Positions 49,826 to 60,217 of a stretch of DNA of 64,000 nucleotides are shown piece by piece. Both the position numbers and the translations under genes were made by a program. The stretch is from an uncultured Clostridium sp. (GTDB lineage Bacteria; Bacillota; Clostridia; TANB77; CAG-508), in the NCBI GenBank assembly GCA_930980855.1, contig CAKNIZ010000001.1:87198-151197 (forward strand), written 5' to 3'. Every line of letters starts with the position of its first letter. The first letter of the stretch is position 1. A model generated the notes under the pieces. The model was not told the DNA's origin and made no database searches. It saw only the letters and a list, made by a program, of their open reading frames with translations.

Positions 49826-51007
49826 TTATTCATATTTAGGACTACCATAGCCCATTACTTGTTCGTTATCTAAAGAGTACATTCTTTCTGCACACTTATC
49901 ACTTGTATTCCCTTCTATAGTATAAATATTTCTATTCGTTATATCTGTTCTTGTTACTATTCCTACATGATCACTAACTCCGTCTTGATTTCCATTTTCA
50001 TCATACCAGTCAAAAAAGATAATATCTCCTACAATAGGGTAATAAGTATCTCCTCTATCATGCCATTGATTTTTTTCTTTAAACCAGTTTATACCATCTC
50101 CACAACCAGAGAACTTAGGAATAATGCCTTTATCTATATAATTACATTCATTTGCACACCAACTAACAAAACAAGCACACCATTCTACTCTACTATCAAA
50201 TCCATACCAACTCCAAAATTTATCTCCTCCCTCATTGCCTATTTGAGCTTTTGCCACCATTACTATTTGCATATTAGGCATTTGAGATTCATCAAATTCA
50301 GATTCTTCATCTCCATTAAATAATAGAGCTACAAAACCTGCAATAAGAACAATGACCAATATAATGACTACTGCTACCCAACCTCCTGCTGCTATTGCAG
50401 CTATGAGTGCTTTTGTTGCAGCTATTATGGCTTTTACTGTTGCAATTACTGCCTTAATTGCTAATTTTGTAGCGTGTATTGTAGCTTGAATTGCTTTTCT
50501 AGTGGCTCTTGCTAATCTTTGAGTCATTTTTACACTTTCTTTGGCAGCTCTTTTTGTATTCTTTACCACTCTTTCAGTAGTTTTTATTCCCTTTTTAGCA
50601 AGTAATTTAGTGTTCTTTGCTGTTTTTATACTTTTTTTAGAAACACCTTTTATAGTCTTTTTAGAATTATCTATTACATTTTTTAATTGTTTCGTATTTT
50701 TGCTTTTTATTCTAGTTTTTAATGTTTCTATTTTTTGCTTGCCTTTTATAAAATTTTGCTTTGTTTCTTGTAAGGATTTTTTTCCTATTTCATTGCCTTT
50801 TTCTAGTCCTTTTCTTGATAAATAACTTATATCATTTTGTACTTTCATACTTGCATAATTTTCAGCCGTATCATTTTGTTCATTTTTTGTAAATTCGTTT
50901 ATTTTTTCTTTTGTTGTTACTATATTATTTTTTAGTTTTTGAAGTTGCACTATATTTTTGTCTAATTGTTTTATAGTTCCTTTAGATTTTTCTTTTATTT
51001 CTGGCAT
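49826..51007 (-). CDS. CHAP-domain peptidoglycan hydrolase with N-terminal coiled coil and TM (conjugation-associated)
   Basis: WCACFVSWCANE...GDIIFFDW...HVGIV match the CHAP Cys/His motifs. The position matches a Tn916 Orf14-like function. Confidence 0.75.
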   Translation of the reverse strand: MPEIKEKSKGTIKQLDKNIVQLQKLKNNIVTTKEKINEFTKNEQNDTAENYASMKVQNDISYLSRKGLEKGNEIGKKSLQETKQNFIKGKQKIETLKTRIKSKNTKQLKNVIDNSKKTIKGVSKKSIKTAKNTKLLAKKGIKTTERVVKNTKRAAKESVKMTQRLARATRKAIQATIHATKLAIKAVIATVKAIIAATKALIAAIAAGGWVAVVIILVIVLIAGFVALLFNGDEESEFDESQMPNMQIVMVAKAQIGNEGGDKFWSWYGFDSRVEWCACFVSWCANECNYIDKGIIPKFSGCGDGINWFKEKNQWHDRGDTYYPIVGDIIFFDWYDENGNQDGVSDHVGIVTRTDITNRNIYTIEGNTSDKCAERMYSLDNEQVMGYGSPKYE

Positions 51008-51024
51008 TTTACCACCTCCAGATT

Positions 51025-51795
51025 TTATATTTTCTTAGCTACAACCACCATTCTTCCGTTCTTTTGTGAGTATTCACAAGTAGATAATGTGATTAATTTA
51101 TCTCCATAGTTTATATCTGTTCCAGTATCATAAAACTGCAAGTTTTTGGATTTATTTATAAATTCATCAAATTCTTGTTTATCTGTAAAATTTGTATAAT
51201 TATAGTATTTAAAACCATTATCTGTATAAACTACTGTTTTAAAAGCTATAACAACTTCATAAGTGTTTTTTATTGTTTTTCCATTATAAAAAGTATAAAA
51301 ATCTATATATTTGTGCTCTTCATAAAATTTTTTCTTTTTATAATCTTCTAATTGAGCAAACATACTATTATCGTTCATGTGATGACCATAAATTATTAGA
51401 TTATCACTATATTGGACATTGCAATATTCTGCTAAATATGGTGTTCCATGACTCGAATATTTCTTATAAATATTCCTGTGAAGGTAATAATCTCCATTTT
51501 GCATGATGGGGTAATCTATCTTTGTGTTATCTATTTTTATCCAGCCAATTACATCAGAATTGATTTTTGCAATGTTTTCTAAATTATAATTGTTTCTGGA
51601 GTCTTTTATATTGCTTTTTTGTTTATTTTCATTAATGTTAGTATCTTCATCATTTTGTTCTACAACTATTTCCTGTAAATCTTCATATATATCTGTTTCT
51701 TTCTTATTTTCTGCAAATTCTTTAATAATAAAATAGCTACTAATAGCAACTATAACTATTAGTAGCACTAAAACGATTTTATATTTCTTATTCAT
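51025..51795 (-). CDS. class B sortase
   Basis: An N-terminal TM, NLIIYGHH and the LITLSTCEY active-site Cys motif (TLxTC) are present. Confidence 0.7.
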   Translation of the reverse strand: MNKKYKIVLVLLIVIVAISSYFIIKEFAENKKETDIYEDLQEIVVEQNDEDTNINENKQKSNIKDSRNNYNLENIAKINSDVIGWIKIDNTKIDYPIMQNGDYYLHRNIYKKYSSHGTPYLAEYCNVQYSDNLIIYGHHMNDNSMFAQLEDYKKKKFYEEHKYIDFYTFYNGKTIKNTYEVVIAFKTVVYTDNGFKYYNYTNFTDKQEFDEFINKSKNLQFYDTGTDINYGDKLITLSTCEYSQKNGRMVVVAKKI

Positions 51796-54130
51796 TTAAT
51801 CCCTCTCCTGGTCTTGTTGTCATTAGCTTATATAGTTCTGTGTTCTTTGGAAATCTATTAGAAAATGGAACTAATGCAGATCCTACCTTTATTAGACCTT
51901 CTCCTGCTCCTACATTTGTTATATAACTCATTTGTAAATCTGATATATTAAGAAGTTTTGCAAGTTCTACTCTGTCTGTACTTGCTTGATTAAGCATTAT
52001 AATAAATTCAGAGTTTGCAAGCATTGTTCTAGCAGTATGACTTTGCAATAAATCTTCTACATTTTGAGTTATACCAGTTGCAAATGCCCCATATTTTCTG
52101 ACTCTTTTCCAAAGTGTAAATAAGAAATTTGCAGAATATTCATATTGAAATAGTAAGTATATTTCATCTATAAAAATATATGTATTTTTTCCTTTTGTTC
52201 TATTAGCTGTAATTCTATTCAAAATTGAATCAAGCACAACTAACATTCCTAAAGGTAGTAGTTGTTTACCTAAGTCCAAAATATCATAACTAATTAAGCT
52301 ACTTGAAGTATTTACATTGGTATTCATTGCAAAAGTATTTAATGAGCCATTCGTAAATAATTCAATAGCAAGTGCTATTTCTTTTGCTTCTTCTTCTGGT
52401 TGATTTAATAATTGCTCTCTAAAATCTTGCAATGTAGGTGGTATGCCTTGATAATTACCTTGTTGAAATACCCTATAAACATTTGCTGTGCATCTATCAA
52501 TAATAGACTTTTGTTTCGGTCCGAGATTTCCACTACCTATTAACTGCTCACACAGAGACAGGATGAATTCAGATTTTAAGATGACAGGATTTGCTCCATC
52601 TCCATATTCTGAGTTCATGTCCATTGCATTTATATGATTATCGCTTGTAGCAGATATTTTAATTACTTCTCCATTAAAAGATTTAACTAATGGTGCATAT
52701 TCTCTTTCTGGATCTATTATAATTATGTCTGCATTTGGATCTCTTAATCTAATAGATAAAATTTCTTGTTTTGCCGTAAAGCTTTTTCCACTTCCACTAA
52801 CTCCAAGAATAAAAGAATTTCCATTTAATAATTGTCTTCTATCTGCAATAATCATATTTTTACTGATAGCATTTTGACCATAAAAAATACCATCCTTGTG
52901 CCTTATCTCTTGCACTTTGAATGGCATAAATACAGCTAATGACTCAGTTGTCAAAGTTCTTAAAGCATCTATTTTTCTTACTCCAAAAGGTAATACCGTT
53001 TGAAGTCCGTCTAACTGTTGATATTTTAAAACACCTAATTGGCATAAGTTTTTACTAGCAATTTGTTTAATAGCCTCTGTATCACTTTCTAATTTTTCTT
53101 TGGTATCATCAGTAATTATAACTGTTATAACTACTAAAAACATTCTTTGATCTCGCAGAGTTAAATCATCTAAAAATTCTTTAGAGTCATTTCGTTGTTG
53201 TTCCATATCATAAGGTATTATGCTACTCCAATTATTATTAGCATTCTGTTTTCTTTGCCAATTAGTAATATTTGTTTCTACTCCTAGCCTTCTATTTTCT
53301 GCCTCTTTAACTGCCTCATCAGTAGGAATTGGAATTATATCTACTGATAACATCATGTTTCTATTTAAGTCTGTTAGTTCAGAAACCATACTGTCATTTA
53401 TGTAGCTTGCATATTCCTTTAAGAAAAAGGCTCTACCATACCTATTTCCGATCATAAAATAATCTTTTTCAAATTCAGCAGTATCTGGACAAATAAAATC
53501 TTTGAAATCATGACCTTTTTTCATTGTTTCGTGTATGTCAAAATGAAAAGATGTTTCTTCTCCTGTTCTATAAAAGTCATGTGCTATTCTTAGTCTTTCT
53601 TTTGCATTTAATTCTATACATTTTGAGCCTAAAGTATTAAAACGATTCATTAGCTCTGTACTTGCTCTTGTAAAGTAATTTCTAGCTTCTTCTACACTAT
53701 CTTTATATACAGATATCGTAATAATTTTTTCTTGTACTATTTCATTTGCATCTTTTGCCTGATTTATCAGCATTTGATTATATTCGTGCCTATACTCATC
53801 TAATTCATCATTAGCATCTTTTAATAGTATTGTTTTTTCAAAATCTAATTTATTTATTCTTCTATTATTTATAGTTATTTTAGTTGTTGCTCCTGTATCT
53901 AAAGAATTAAGCAGAGAAGAATAGTCTAAAAACATTGCCTCTTTATCTTCTCTGCTTGCAACTTCATAATTTATATCTAAAAACTTATATGATTTCGAAT
54001 ACTTATTTTTTCCTACTAAAAAAATACCATCTTCCCATATAGCTTTCACGGGAATTATATCTTGCACACATTTTGGTACTTTAAATTTTTCTTTATCTAA
54101 TTTAAATATTCTTTTTAGTGTCTTCAGCAT
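51788..54130 (-). CDS. VirB4-family conjugative ATPase (Tn916 Orf16-like)
   Basis: Walker A GVSGSGKSF and Walker B IFIDE motifs are present in a 780-aa protein. Confidence 0.9.
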   Translation of the reverse strand: MLKTLKRIFKLDKEKFKVPKCVQDIIPVKAIWEDGIFLVGKNKYSKSYKFLDINYEVASREDKEAMFLDYSSLLNSLDTGATTKITINNRRINKLDFEKTILLKDANDELDEYRHEYNQMLINQAKDANEIVQEKIITISVYKDSVEEARNYFTRASTELMNRFNTLGSKCIELNAKERLRIAHDFYRTGEETSFHFDIHETMKKGHDFKDFICPDTAEFEKDYFMIGNRYGRAFFLKEYASYINDSMVSELTDLNRNMMLSVDIIPIPTDEAVKEAENRRLGVETNITNWQRKQNANNNWSSIIPYDMEQQRNDSKEFLDDLTLRDQRMFLVVITVIITDDTKEKLESDTEAIKQIASKNLCQLGVLKYQQLDGLQTVLPFGVRKIDALRTLTTESLAVFMPFKVQEIRHKDGIFYGQNAISKNMIIADRRQLLNGNSFILGVSGSGKSFTAKQEILSIRLRDPNADIIIIDPEREYAPLVKSFNGEVIKISATSDNHINAMDMNSEYGDGANPVILKSEFILSLCEQLIGSGNLGPKQKSIIDRCTANVYRVFQQGNYQGIPPTLQDFREQLLNQPEEEAKEIALAIELFTNGSLNTFAMNTNVNTSSSLISYDILDLGKQLLPLGMLVVLDSILNRITANRTKGKNTYIFIDEIYLLFQYEYSANFLFTLWKRVRKYGAFATGITQNVEDLLQSHTARTMLANSEFIIMLNQASTDRVELAKLLNISDLQMSYITNVGAGEGLIKVGSALVPFSNRFPKNTELYKLMTTRPGEGLNE

Positions 54131-54554
54131 TGTTATCTACCTCCTTTTTTAACTTTTTAGGCTTCTTATTTTTCTTTTCTTTATGCTTATGTTGTGGTTT
54201 TACTAATCCATTTTTCAAATTTCTTTCTATTGTAGGTTTAAAAACTTCTGCATAAATATTTTTGGATTTAAAAGTTAATCTCTTTGGTGTAATAAATTCG
54301 GATTTAATAAATGCTACAATAAATTTTTCAGCAGTCATTCCGTTATATTTAACAAAACCTAAAACAGCAAAAGGTGCTGCTCCTAAAATACATATCCAAG
54401 ATAATGTTTCTATTCCAAAAAAAGGTTTTAATGTAAAGTATAGAATTACTGCTATCACACAAGCCAATAAGGAAAAAATGAACTGACGCATAGTCAGTCC
54501 AAAAAATATACTTTCACTAAATTCTCTAATATCTTTGTTTATTTTAACTTCCAT
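54102..54554 (-). CDS. VirB3/PrgI-like small conjugal membrane protein
   Basis: Two TMs, overlap with the virB4 start and a Lys-rich tail are present. Confidence 0.5.
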   Translation of the reverse strand: MEVKINKDIREFSESIFFGLTMRQFIFSLLACVIAVILYFTLKPFFGIETLSWICILGAAPFAVLGFVKYNGMTAEKFIVAFIKSEFITPKRLTFKSKNIYAEVFKPTIERNLKNGLVKPQHKHKEKKNKKPKKLKKEVDNNAEDTKKNI

Positions 54555-54555
54555 C

Positions 54556-54885
54556 TACCTTGCCTCCTTACTTCTATTTTTGATTTTCTCTTTTAAATCT
54601 ATACTTTTGGGCATTGTTGTTTTTAAAATACTTATTTTATCTTCCATAAGTTCATACAAATCATATTTTGGCATTTCAGCCATTCTTTTAGCTATATCTA
54701 CCATATCAGTATAAAACTCTGGTTCATAGAAATGGTCTTTTTCGCTTATATCTTTTTTTTAATTTTTTACAAAAATTATCATCTTGTAAATTTAATCTTC
54801 CATATTCTATCAATAATTTTAAAGCTCCCATATTTTGAACACTATAATTTTCACCTAATAATTTTCTATAATTTTTTTCCTCCAT
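54556..54885 (-). pseudogene. unannotated small conjugation-module gene split at an A8 homopolymer
   Basis: MEEKNYRKLLGENYSVQNMGALKLLIEYGRLNLQDDNFCKKLKK shifts into ...DISEKDHFYEPEFYTDMVDIAKRMAEMPKYDLYEL... at a T8 run on the plus strand (54753-54760). Both ends carry a GGAGGCAAGGTAGATGGA junction. Confidence 0.4.
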
Positions 54886-55194
54886 CTACCTTGCCTCCCT
54901 CTTTTTTGATTTTTCCTGTTTTGTCTTAACTTTGTTTTCGTCATACCATTTTTCAAATTTTTTCCATTCTTTTTCATTCATAACAACATCTTCAATAAAA
55001 ATTGGTTTACACTTTCTATGCAAATCAAACATTTTATCTTCCCACTCTTTAATGTTTTCAATACTTCTAATATCTTTAATGCCTTGATGCCATTCATGTA
55101 CTTTTCCAAAAGTTCTTATATATTCATCTAATGCTTCATATTTCTTATTTCCTAATTGCATTCTTAACTTTTCATAATCTTGTGATATACTCAT
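54886..55194 (-). CDS. hypothetical protein (102 aa)
   Basis: The ORF lies within the conjugation operon, and its stop overlaps the next start. Confidence 0.35.
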   Translation of the reverse strand: MSISQDYEKLRMQLGNKKYEALDEYIRTFGKVHEWHQGIKDIRSIENIKEWEDKMFDLHRKCKPIFIEDVVMNEKEWKKFEKWYDENKVKTKQEKSKKREAR

Positions 55195-55208
55195 TTTTAT
55201 ACCTCCAC

Positions 55209-55484
55209 TTATCTTTCTTTTTGTATTTTATTCTTTATTTTTTCTATTACTCCAAACTGTGGATAAGATCTATAACACCTGCTAAAATAATGTTTAAAGT
55301 AATCTTTGCCGTTTTCGGAGTACATATACATCCAGTCTTCTGGATTTTTCATTCCTCGTTTTATAGCATTATCAAATGCATCATCTAGATTCTCTCTTAT
55401 TTTCATACCTTCAAATATACTTCCTTTTGGGTGTACTAAATATTTAATTCCTTTTTCCTCTATATGTATAAAATCCTTACTCAT
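55209..55484 (-). CDS. hypothetical protein (91 aa)
   Basis: The ORF lies within the conjugation operon. Confidence 0.35.
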   Translation of the reverse strand: MSKDFIHIEEKGIKYLVHPKGSIFEGMKIRENLDDAFDNAIKRGMKNPEDWMYMYSENGKDYFKHYFSRCYRSYPQFGVIEKIKNKIQKER

Positions 55485-55505
55485 ATTTTGTTGCTCCTTT
55501 CATCT

Positions 55506-56342
55506 CTATATTCCCATCATTTCTCTTACAATTCTGTCTGATAGTCTAATAGTACCAACTAAGACTAACATATTGAAAATAAGTTCTCCTATATATTTCC
55601 ATACCATATTTACTGGCTCTGCTCCTGTTGCTACTACTGGTGGCGATGTTGCAAATGCAGAAAAAATAATACAAGCAAGTACAATTATTGCACCCTCAAG
55701 ACATACTGCTATATAACTTTTTAAAAAGCTTTTCCCTATATTTTGCGTTGTTTTTCCTGCGAATGATGCCAACGGTACAGGTGCTATTGCTGTATACATA
55801 TATAGTTTAAAAAATCTTCCATAAACAGTAAGAATCAATATGAAAGATAATACTGTAACGAACAGTCCTCCCAAAATTGTTACTGCCCATAGAGGAATGC
55901 TCTCAAAAAATCCACAGTTATTTACTGCATCTATAATTTCTTGTGGTAAAGTCATACTACTTGCTTGAAATGAGGTTTTTGACATTATTGTTGTAACTAT
56001 TCCTTGTATAATTCTAAAAACAGCTAACATTAAATCTAGTCCATAAGTTACTATTCCTTTTGCAATGGCAAATCTTAAAAAAAGTTTTAAAGCTTGCTCT
56101 GGTCTTTTAATTTCAGAAAAATTAGTACAAGTTCTAACTACTCCAATTACAAAAAATAAAACAAGCAATGCTAGTCCAACCGCTTGCAATGCTCCATTTA
56201 TATTGACTATTATTTCCCATATAGTTCCACCTTTAAAACTCGAAGGACTTTGTGTAACCAAAGTATAAATTTCAGATAGTTTTCCATTCCATGTATCTAA
56301 CGCATTTTGCAAATTTCCTACAATCCAATTCAAACTAAGCAC
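55506..56342 (-). CDS. VirB6/TrbL-like polytopic conjugal membrane protein
   Basis: About six TM helices and the position in the T4SS cluster support the call. Confidence 0.5.
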   Translation of the reverse strand: MLSLNWIVGNLQNALDTWNGKLSEIYTLVTQSPSSFKGGTIWEIIVNINGALQAVGLALLVLFFVIGVVRTCTNFSEIKRPEQALKLFLRFAIAKGIVTYGLDLMLAVFRIIQGIVTTIMSKTSFQASSMTLPQEIIDAVNNCGFFESIPLWAVTILGGLFVTVLSFILILTVYGRFFKLYMYTAIAPVPLASFAGKTTQNIGKSFLKSYIAVCLEGAIIVLACIIFSAFATSPPVVATGAEPVNMVWKYIGELIFNMLVLVGTIRLSDRIVREMMGI

Positions 56343-56910
56343 CTCCTATCTTGTAATCTTCCATTCTAATATCACTTTCTATTTCATTTCCCCACGCATC
56401 CCATCCTGGCACTTTTTCTCGTGCAAAAAGTTCAATTTTTGATAAATCTCCAACTAGTTCTATAATTTTATCTCTTACTATTGCTGGCTTACGGCTATGT
56501 TGTTCTATTGGAGTATCAATTATTTGATGTACTTTCTTACTAATTCTTTTAACTTTTCCTTTTGTAGCAATCAAACATAATTCCGAATTAGCTCTTGTCC
56601 AATATCCCATACCCCAAAACCATGAATCACTTTTTTTATTTTTCTTTACCCAAGTAAATCCACAGGTCTTATACTTAAATCCCCATGCATCTATAACTTT
56701 TAAAGCTTCTTTCAAACATGGATAAGTAACCCATATAAATAAAATACAATTTTTGTCAGAAATTTTATTTATAAATTCTTTTAGATTAATAATATCTTCT
56801 ATATTCATAGTTCTATAATGACTTTCAGCACTTCTTCCATTTCCTTTTTTTGACCATACTTTATATTGCCATGGAGGATCAGCATATATTATTTGATATT
56901 TTTTCTCCAA
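56335..56910 (-). CDS. MT-A70-like N6-adenine DNA methyltransferase (orphan)
   Basis: IIYADPPWQY is the DPPW catalytic motif. No adjacent restriction gene is present. Confidence 0.75.
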   Translation of the reverse strand: MEKKYQIIYADPPWQYKVWSKKGNGRSAESHYRTMNIEDIINLKEFINKISDKNCILFIWVTYPCLKEALKVIDAWGFKYKTCGFTWVKKNKKSDSWFWGMGYWTRANSELCLIATKGKVKRISKKVHQIIDTPIEQHSRKPAIVRDKIIELVGDLSKIELFAREKVPGWDAWGNEIESDIRMEDYKIGGA

Positions 56911-56962
56911 CTTAATTTCCTCCTTAAATGAATTTTAGGCAGATATTATATCTGCCTATGTT

Positions 56963-57310
56963 TTAACCACCTGTTATTAAACTTAAAATCTCTTTAGAGA
57001 ATGTAATTACTATACCTCCTGCTAAAGTCATTATTCCGTTTGCTCTTTGTGTAGGATCATGAGATTTCAAACTCATACCAACTTGTACTACTCCAAAGCC
57101 TAGAATAATCATACCCACAGCTCTAATTAAACCAAATATAAAATCTGACAAATTATTTATTACTGTAAGAGGATCATCATTTGCTCCGAAAACATTTAAT
57201 TGTTGTGCAACATTTAATGCAATTATATAACCTATAATTATTGCACCTCTTTTACAAATCTTTTTTAAAATTTTCTTTCCTTTTTCTTTTCTTTCCATCA
57301 TATTTTTCAT
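56963..57310 (-). CDS. VirB2/TrbC-like pilin-like membrane protein
   Basis: The 115-aa ORF has a basic N-terminus and two hydrophobic helices. Confidence 0.4.
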   Translation of the reverse strand: MKNMMERKEKGKKILKKICKRGAIIIGYIIALNVAQQLNVFGANDDPLTVINNLSDFIFGLIRAVGMIILGFGVVQVGMSLKSHDPTQRANGIMTLAGGIVITFSKEILSLITGG

Positions 57311-57397
57311 TGATTTTACCTCACTTTCTGTTTACATAACATTTATTTTTAGGCATAAAAAAAGCCCAGAGTATATTTTAAAATTTTATACTCTGGA

Positions 57398-59227
57398 TTA
57401 ATTGATAACTTTATTATCAATATCTTCTTTATACATATTTTCTATTTCTTCATTTGATAGTATTTCTACCTCAATTTCATCAATTTGTAAATTATTTAAT
57501 TCTTTAGTATTAAATGATATATCATCTATATCAAATGTAATTGAAGCTATTGCATTTTCTGTTCCACCGTGTATATATGGTTTTACATTTTTATTGCCAA
57601 TAGGCGTATGTGAACTATTAAAATGTTCCTTTAAATTAAATTTAAAATCTTTTATTGGTCTTTCTCCTCTTATAAATAACAAAGCATAATTATTATCAAG
57701 TAATCTTACCTCATCAGGTGTCAATAACTCTCTACCTGCAATTTGGTCATTTTCTGAAAAATTACCATGAGAGCCAAAACTTCTACCATAAGAATTAGTA
57801 TCTATAGTTTCTTTTCCTAGTAATTCGCTAATATATTTATGTGTTGATTGTTCATTACCACCTAAATATAAAAACTCATCACAATTTCCAACTATACTTT
57901 CCCATTGTTTTTCAAAAAGTGCTTTTAATTGTGCTAAATTTTGCAATATTATTGAAACAGAAACTTCTCTTGATCTCATTACTGATAATATTTTGTCAAA
58001 ATCATCTGGCAGGCTTACATTTGCAAATTCATCCATTACAAAATGCACATGTGTTGGTAAACTTCCTCCGTATTTATAATCAGCAATGTAGAATAATTGT
58101 TGAAATAATTGTGTATATAGTATGCTAACTAGAAAATTAAATGATGTATCATTATCTGGTATTATTGCAAATAATGCTGTTTTCCTTTCTCCTAATGATG
58201 GTAAATCCAATTCATCTGTTTGTGTTAATTGTGCCATACTTTCTAAATTAAATTTTTCTAATCTTGAAGCTAATGTTACTTGTATGGATTTTAATGTTTT
58301 TGCTGATCCACTATGGTAACTTCTATAATATTTTAGTGCTATATGTTCTGGATTTTTTGTTTCTAGTCTATTAAAGAGCATATCTAGTGGACTAACATAA
58401 TCGTCATCATCTTCTTTTACATCTCCTGCTCGTAGTAATTCCATAACCATAGTAAAATTTTGTTCTTCTGGTGGAGCTTCATATTTAAGATAAAATATTA
58501 AAGCTAATAATAACATACTTGCAGCAGTATCCCAAAATGGATCATTTGTTGTACTACCTTTTGGTGTTGTTGATTTAAACAAGTTAGTTGATAACTTTTG
58601 AACATCATTATCGTCTTTTAAATATACAAATGGATTATAGCAATGTGATTTTTCCATATTTATTAAATCCAATACTTTGACCTCATATCCATTTTTCTCT
58701 AATAGATAGCCTGTATCACGAAGAATCTCTCCTTTAGGATCTAATACTACATAGGAAGTTGCACATTGCATTACATTTGGCTTACAATAGCTAAATGTTT
58801 TACCTGCTCCAGATCCACCTATCACTAATACATTTACATTTCTTCTGTGCTTTTTTCCATTTAATCCAATAGAAACATTTTTAGTTAATATTTTATTATA
58901 ATTATTAGGCTGTTTATATTTTTTATTTAATTCTTTAGCATCGCCCCATTTTGCTGATCCATTTTCTTCTCTCCTTCTATAATTTTTTCTTGTAGATTCA
59001 TATACTAAAATTGCTAATATATAAATAAGCAAAAAAATAAGAACAGTTTTTATACTATTCTCTGTTATTGATATATTAAAAGGTTTACTAAAAATATTGC
59101 CACTATTTTTTAGAACTCCTATTATTCCATTATTTATATAAGGTGCTACAAGGAGAGCTGTCCATATAATTGGTACTATTCCTATTATATAAAACACTTT
59201 TGCAATTTTTTTATCATCTTGCCTCAA
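57398..59227 (-). CDS. type IV coupling protein (VirD4/TraG family)
   Basis: N-terminal TMs, Walker A GGSGAGKT and Walker B VMDEF motifs are present. Confidence 0.9.
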   Translation of the reverse strand: MRQDDKKIAKVFYIIGIVPIIWTALLVAPYINNGIIGVLKNSGNIFSKPFNISITENSIKTVLIFLLIYILAILVYESTRKNYRRREENGSAKWGDAKELNKKYKQPNNYNKILTKNVSIGLNGKKHRRNVNVLVIGGSGAGKTFSYCKPNVMQCATSYVVLDPKGEILRDTGYLLEKNGYEVKVLDLINMEKSHCYNPFVYLKDDNDVQKLSTNLFKSTTPKGSTTNDPFWDTAASMLLLALIFYLKYEAPPEEQNFTMVMELLRAGDVKEDDDDYVSPLDMLFNRLETKNPEHIALKYYRSYHSGSAKTLKSIQVTLASRLEKFNLESMAQLTQTDELDLPSLGERKTALFAIIPDNDTSFNFLVSILYTQLFQQLFYIADYKYGGSLPTHVHFVMDEFANVSLPDDFDKILSVMRSREVSVSIILQNLAQLKALFEKQWESIVGNCDEFLYLGGNEQSTHKYISELLGKETIDTNSYGRSFGSHGNFSENDQIAGRELLTPDEVRLLDNNYALLFIRGERPIKDFKFNLKEHFNSSHTPIGNKNVKPYIHGGTENAIASITFDIDDISFNTKELNNLQIDEIEVEILSNEEIENMYKEDIDNKVIN

Positions 59228-59437
59228 CTGTAAATTTTCCTCTCGTATTTTTATTTAATGATAAAAACTTCTTATTTTTAGGGGCATTTAATAAGTTTAT
59301 AATCAATTTATCAATTATTTCTGTATCAATATTTTGCTCTAATTTATTATTTCTAAATTCATTTAAAGCATTTAACATTAATTTATAATCATACTTATCT
59401 AAAGTAATAGTTCTAGTTTCTTCCATTAGCACTCCTC

Positions 59438-60211
59438 CTATCTATTAGATTTTATTTTTGTTTTACTTTTCTTTTGTTTATTGATTTTAGTTTTAGTATT
59501 TGTCTTTTCTTTGTTCTTTTGATTATCTAATTTTTCTGCCTCTACTTTTAATTCTGCAAGTTCTTTCTTTACAGAAGGTTTTGTTGCTTCTTTAGAAACC
59601 CCTTCTTGCATCTTTGAAGTCATTAAGGAAGGCTTTGACAGAGGGCTTTTTTCTGTCTTTGCCACATTGAAATTTTCATTTGTATTTTGTTCTTTTTGTA
59701 ATGGCTTGTCAGATAATACTTCTTCTAATTGTTGTTCTTTAGTTTTTTCTTGTACTCCCATTTCTTTTTTCTGTACTTCTCTATTTTCAATAGATTTTGT
59801 AACTTCTGTTTCCATTTTTCCCATATCTACAGTTGTAAGTTTGAATTTTTCTACTATTCTGTTTATTCTTGAAGCATCTTCATCTTTTACAATAACATCT
59901 ATCATAGTATTTTCTTCTTTACTATTTTTATCTCTTAACGCACAATATGTAATTCCATAAGTTTTAGCTTCTTTTGAAAAAGTTTTCAAATCTTCTTTAC
60001 TTATAGAAAATATTTTTAAAGGTTTTCCTGTTCGTAACATTTTAGTCAATTTCATTTTTCCTCTAGTTTGATTTTGACTTTTATCTTTTTGCATTGCATA
60101 TAGCATGGCTAAAAGATTTTTAGCACCACTACCTATTAATTTTACAGTTACTTCAAATCCCTCTAATCCTAATCTTACAACTTGTTCTGATGCATCTCCA
60201 TTTACACTCAT
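59438..60211 (-). CDS. PcfB/DUF3801-like conjugal transfer protein
   Basis: The N-terminal region conserved in Gram-positive conjugative elements is followed by a KE-rich tail. Confidence 0.45.
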   Translation of the reverse strand: MSVNGDASEQVVRLGLEGFEVTVKLIGSGAKNLLAMLYAMQKDKSQNQTRGKMKLTKMLRTGKPLKIFSISKEDLKTFSKEAKTYGITYCALRDKNSKEENTMIDVIVKDEDASRINRIVEKFKLTTVDMGKMETEVTKSIENREVQKKEMGVQEKTKEQQLEEVLSDKPLQKEQNTNENFNVAKTEKSPLSKPSLMTSKMQEGVSKEATKPSVKKELAELKVEAEKLDNQKNKEKTNTKTKINKQKKSKTKIKSNR

Positions 60212-60217
60212 ATATTT

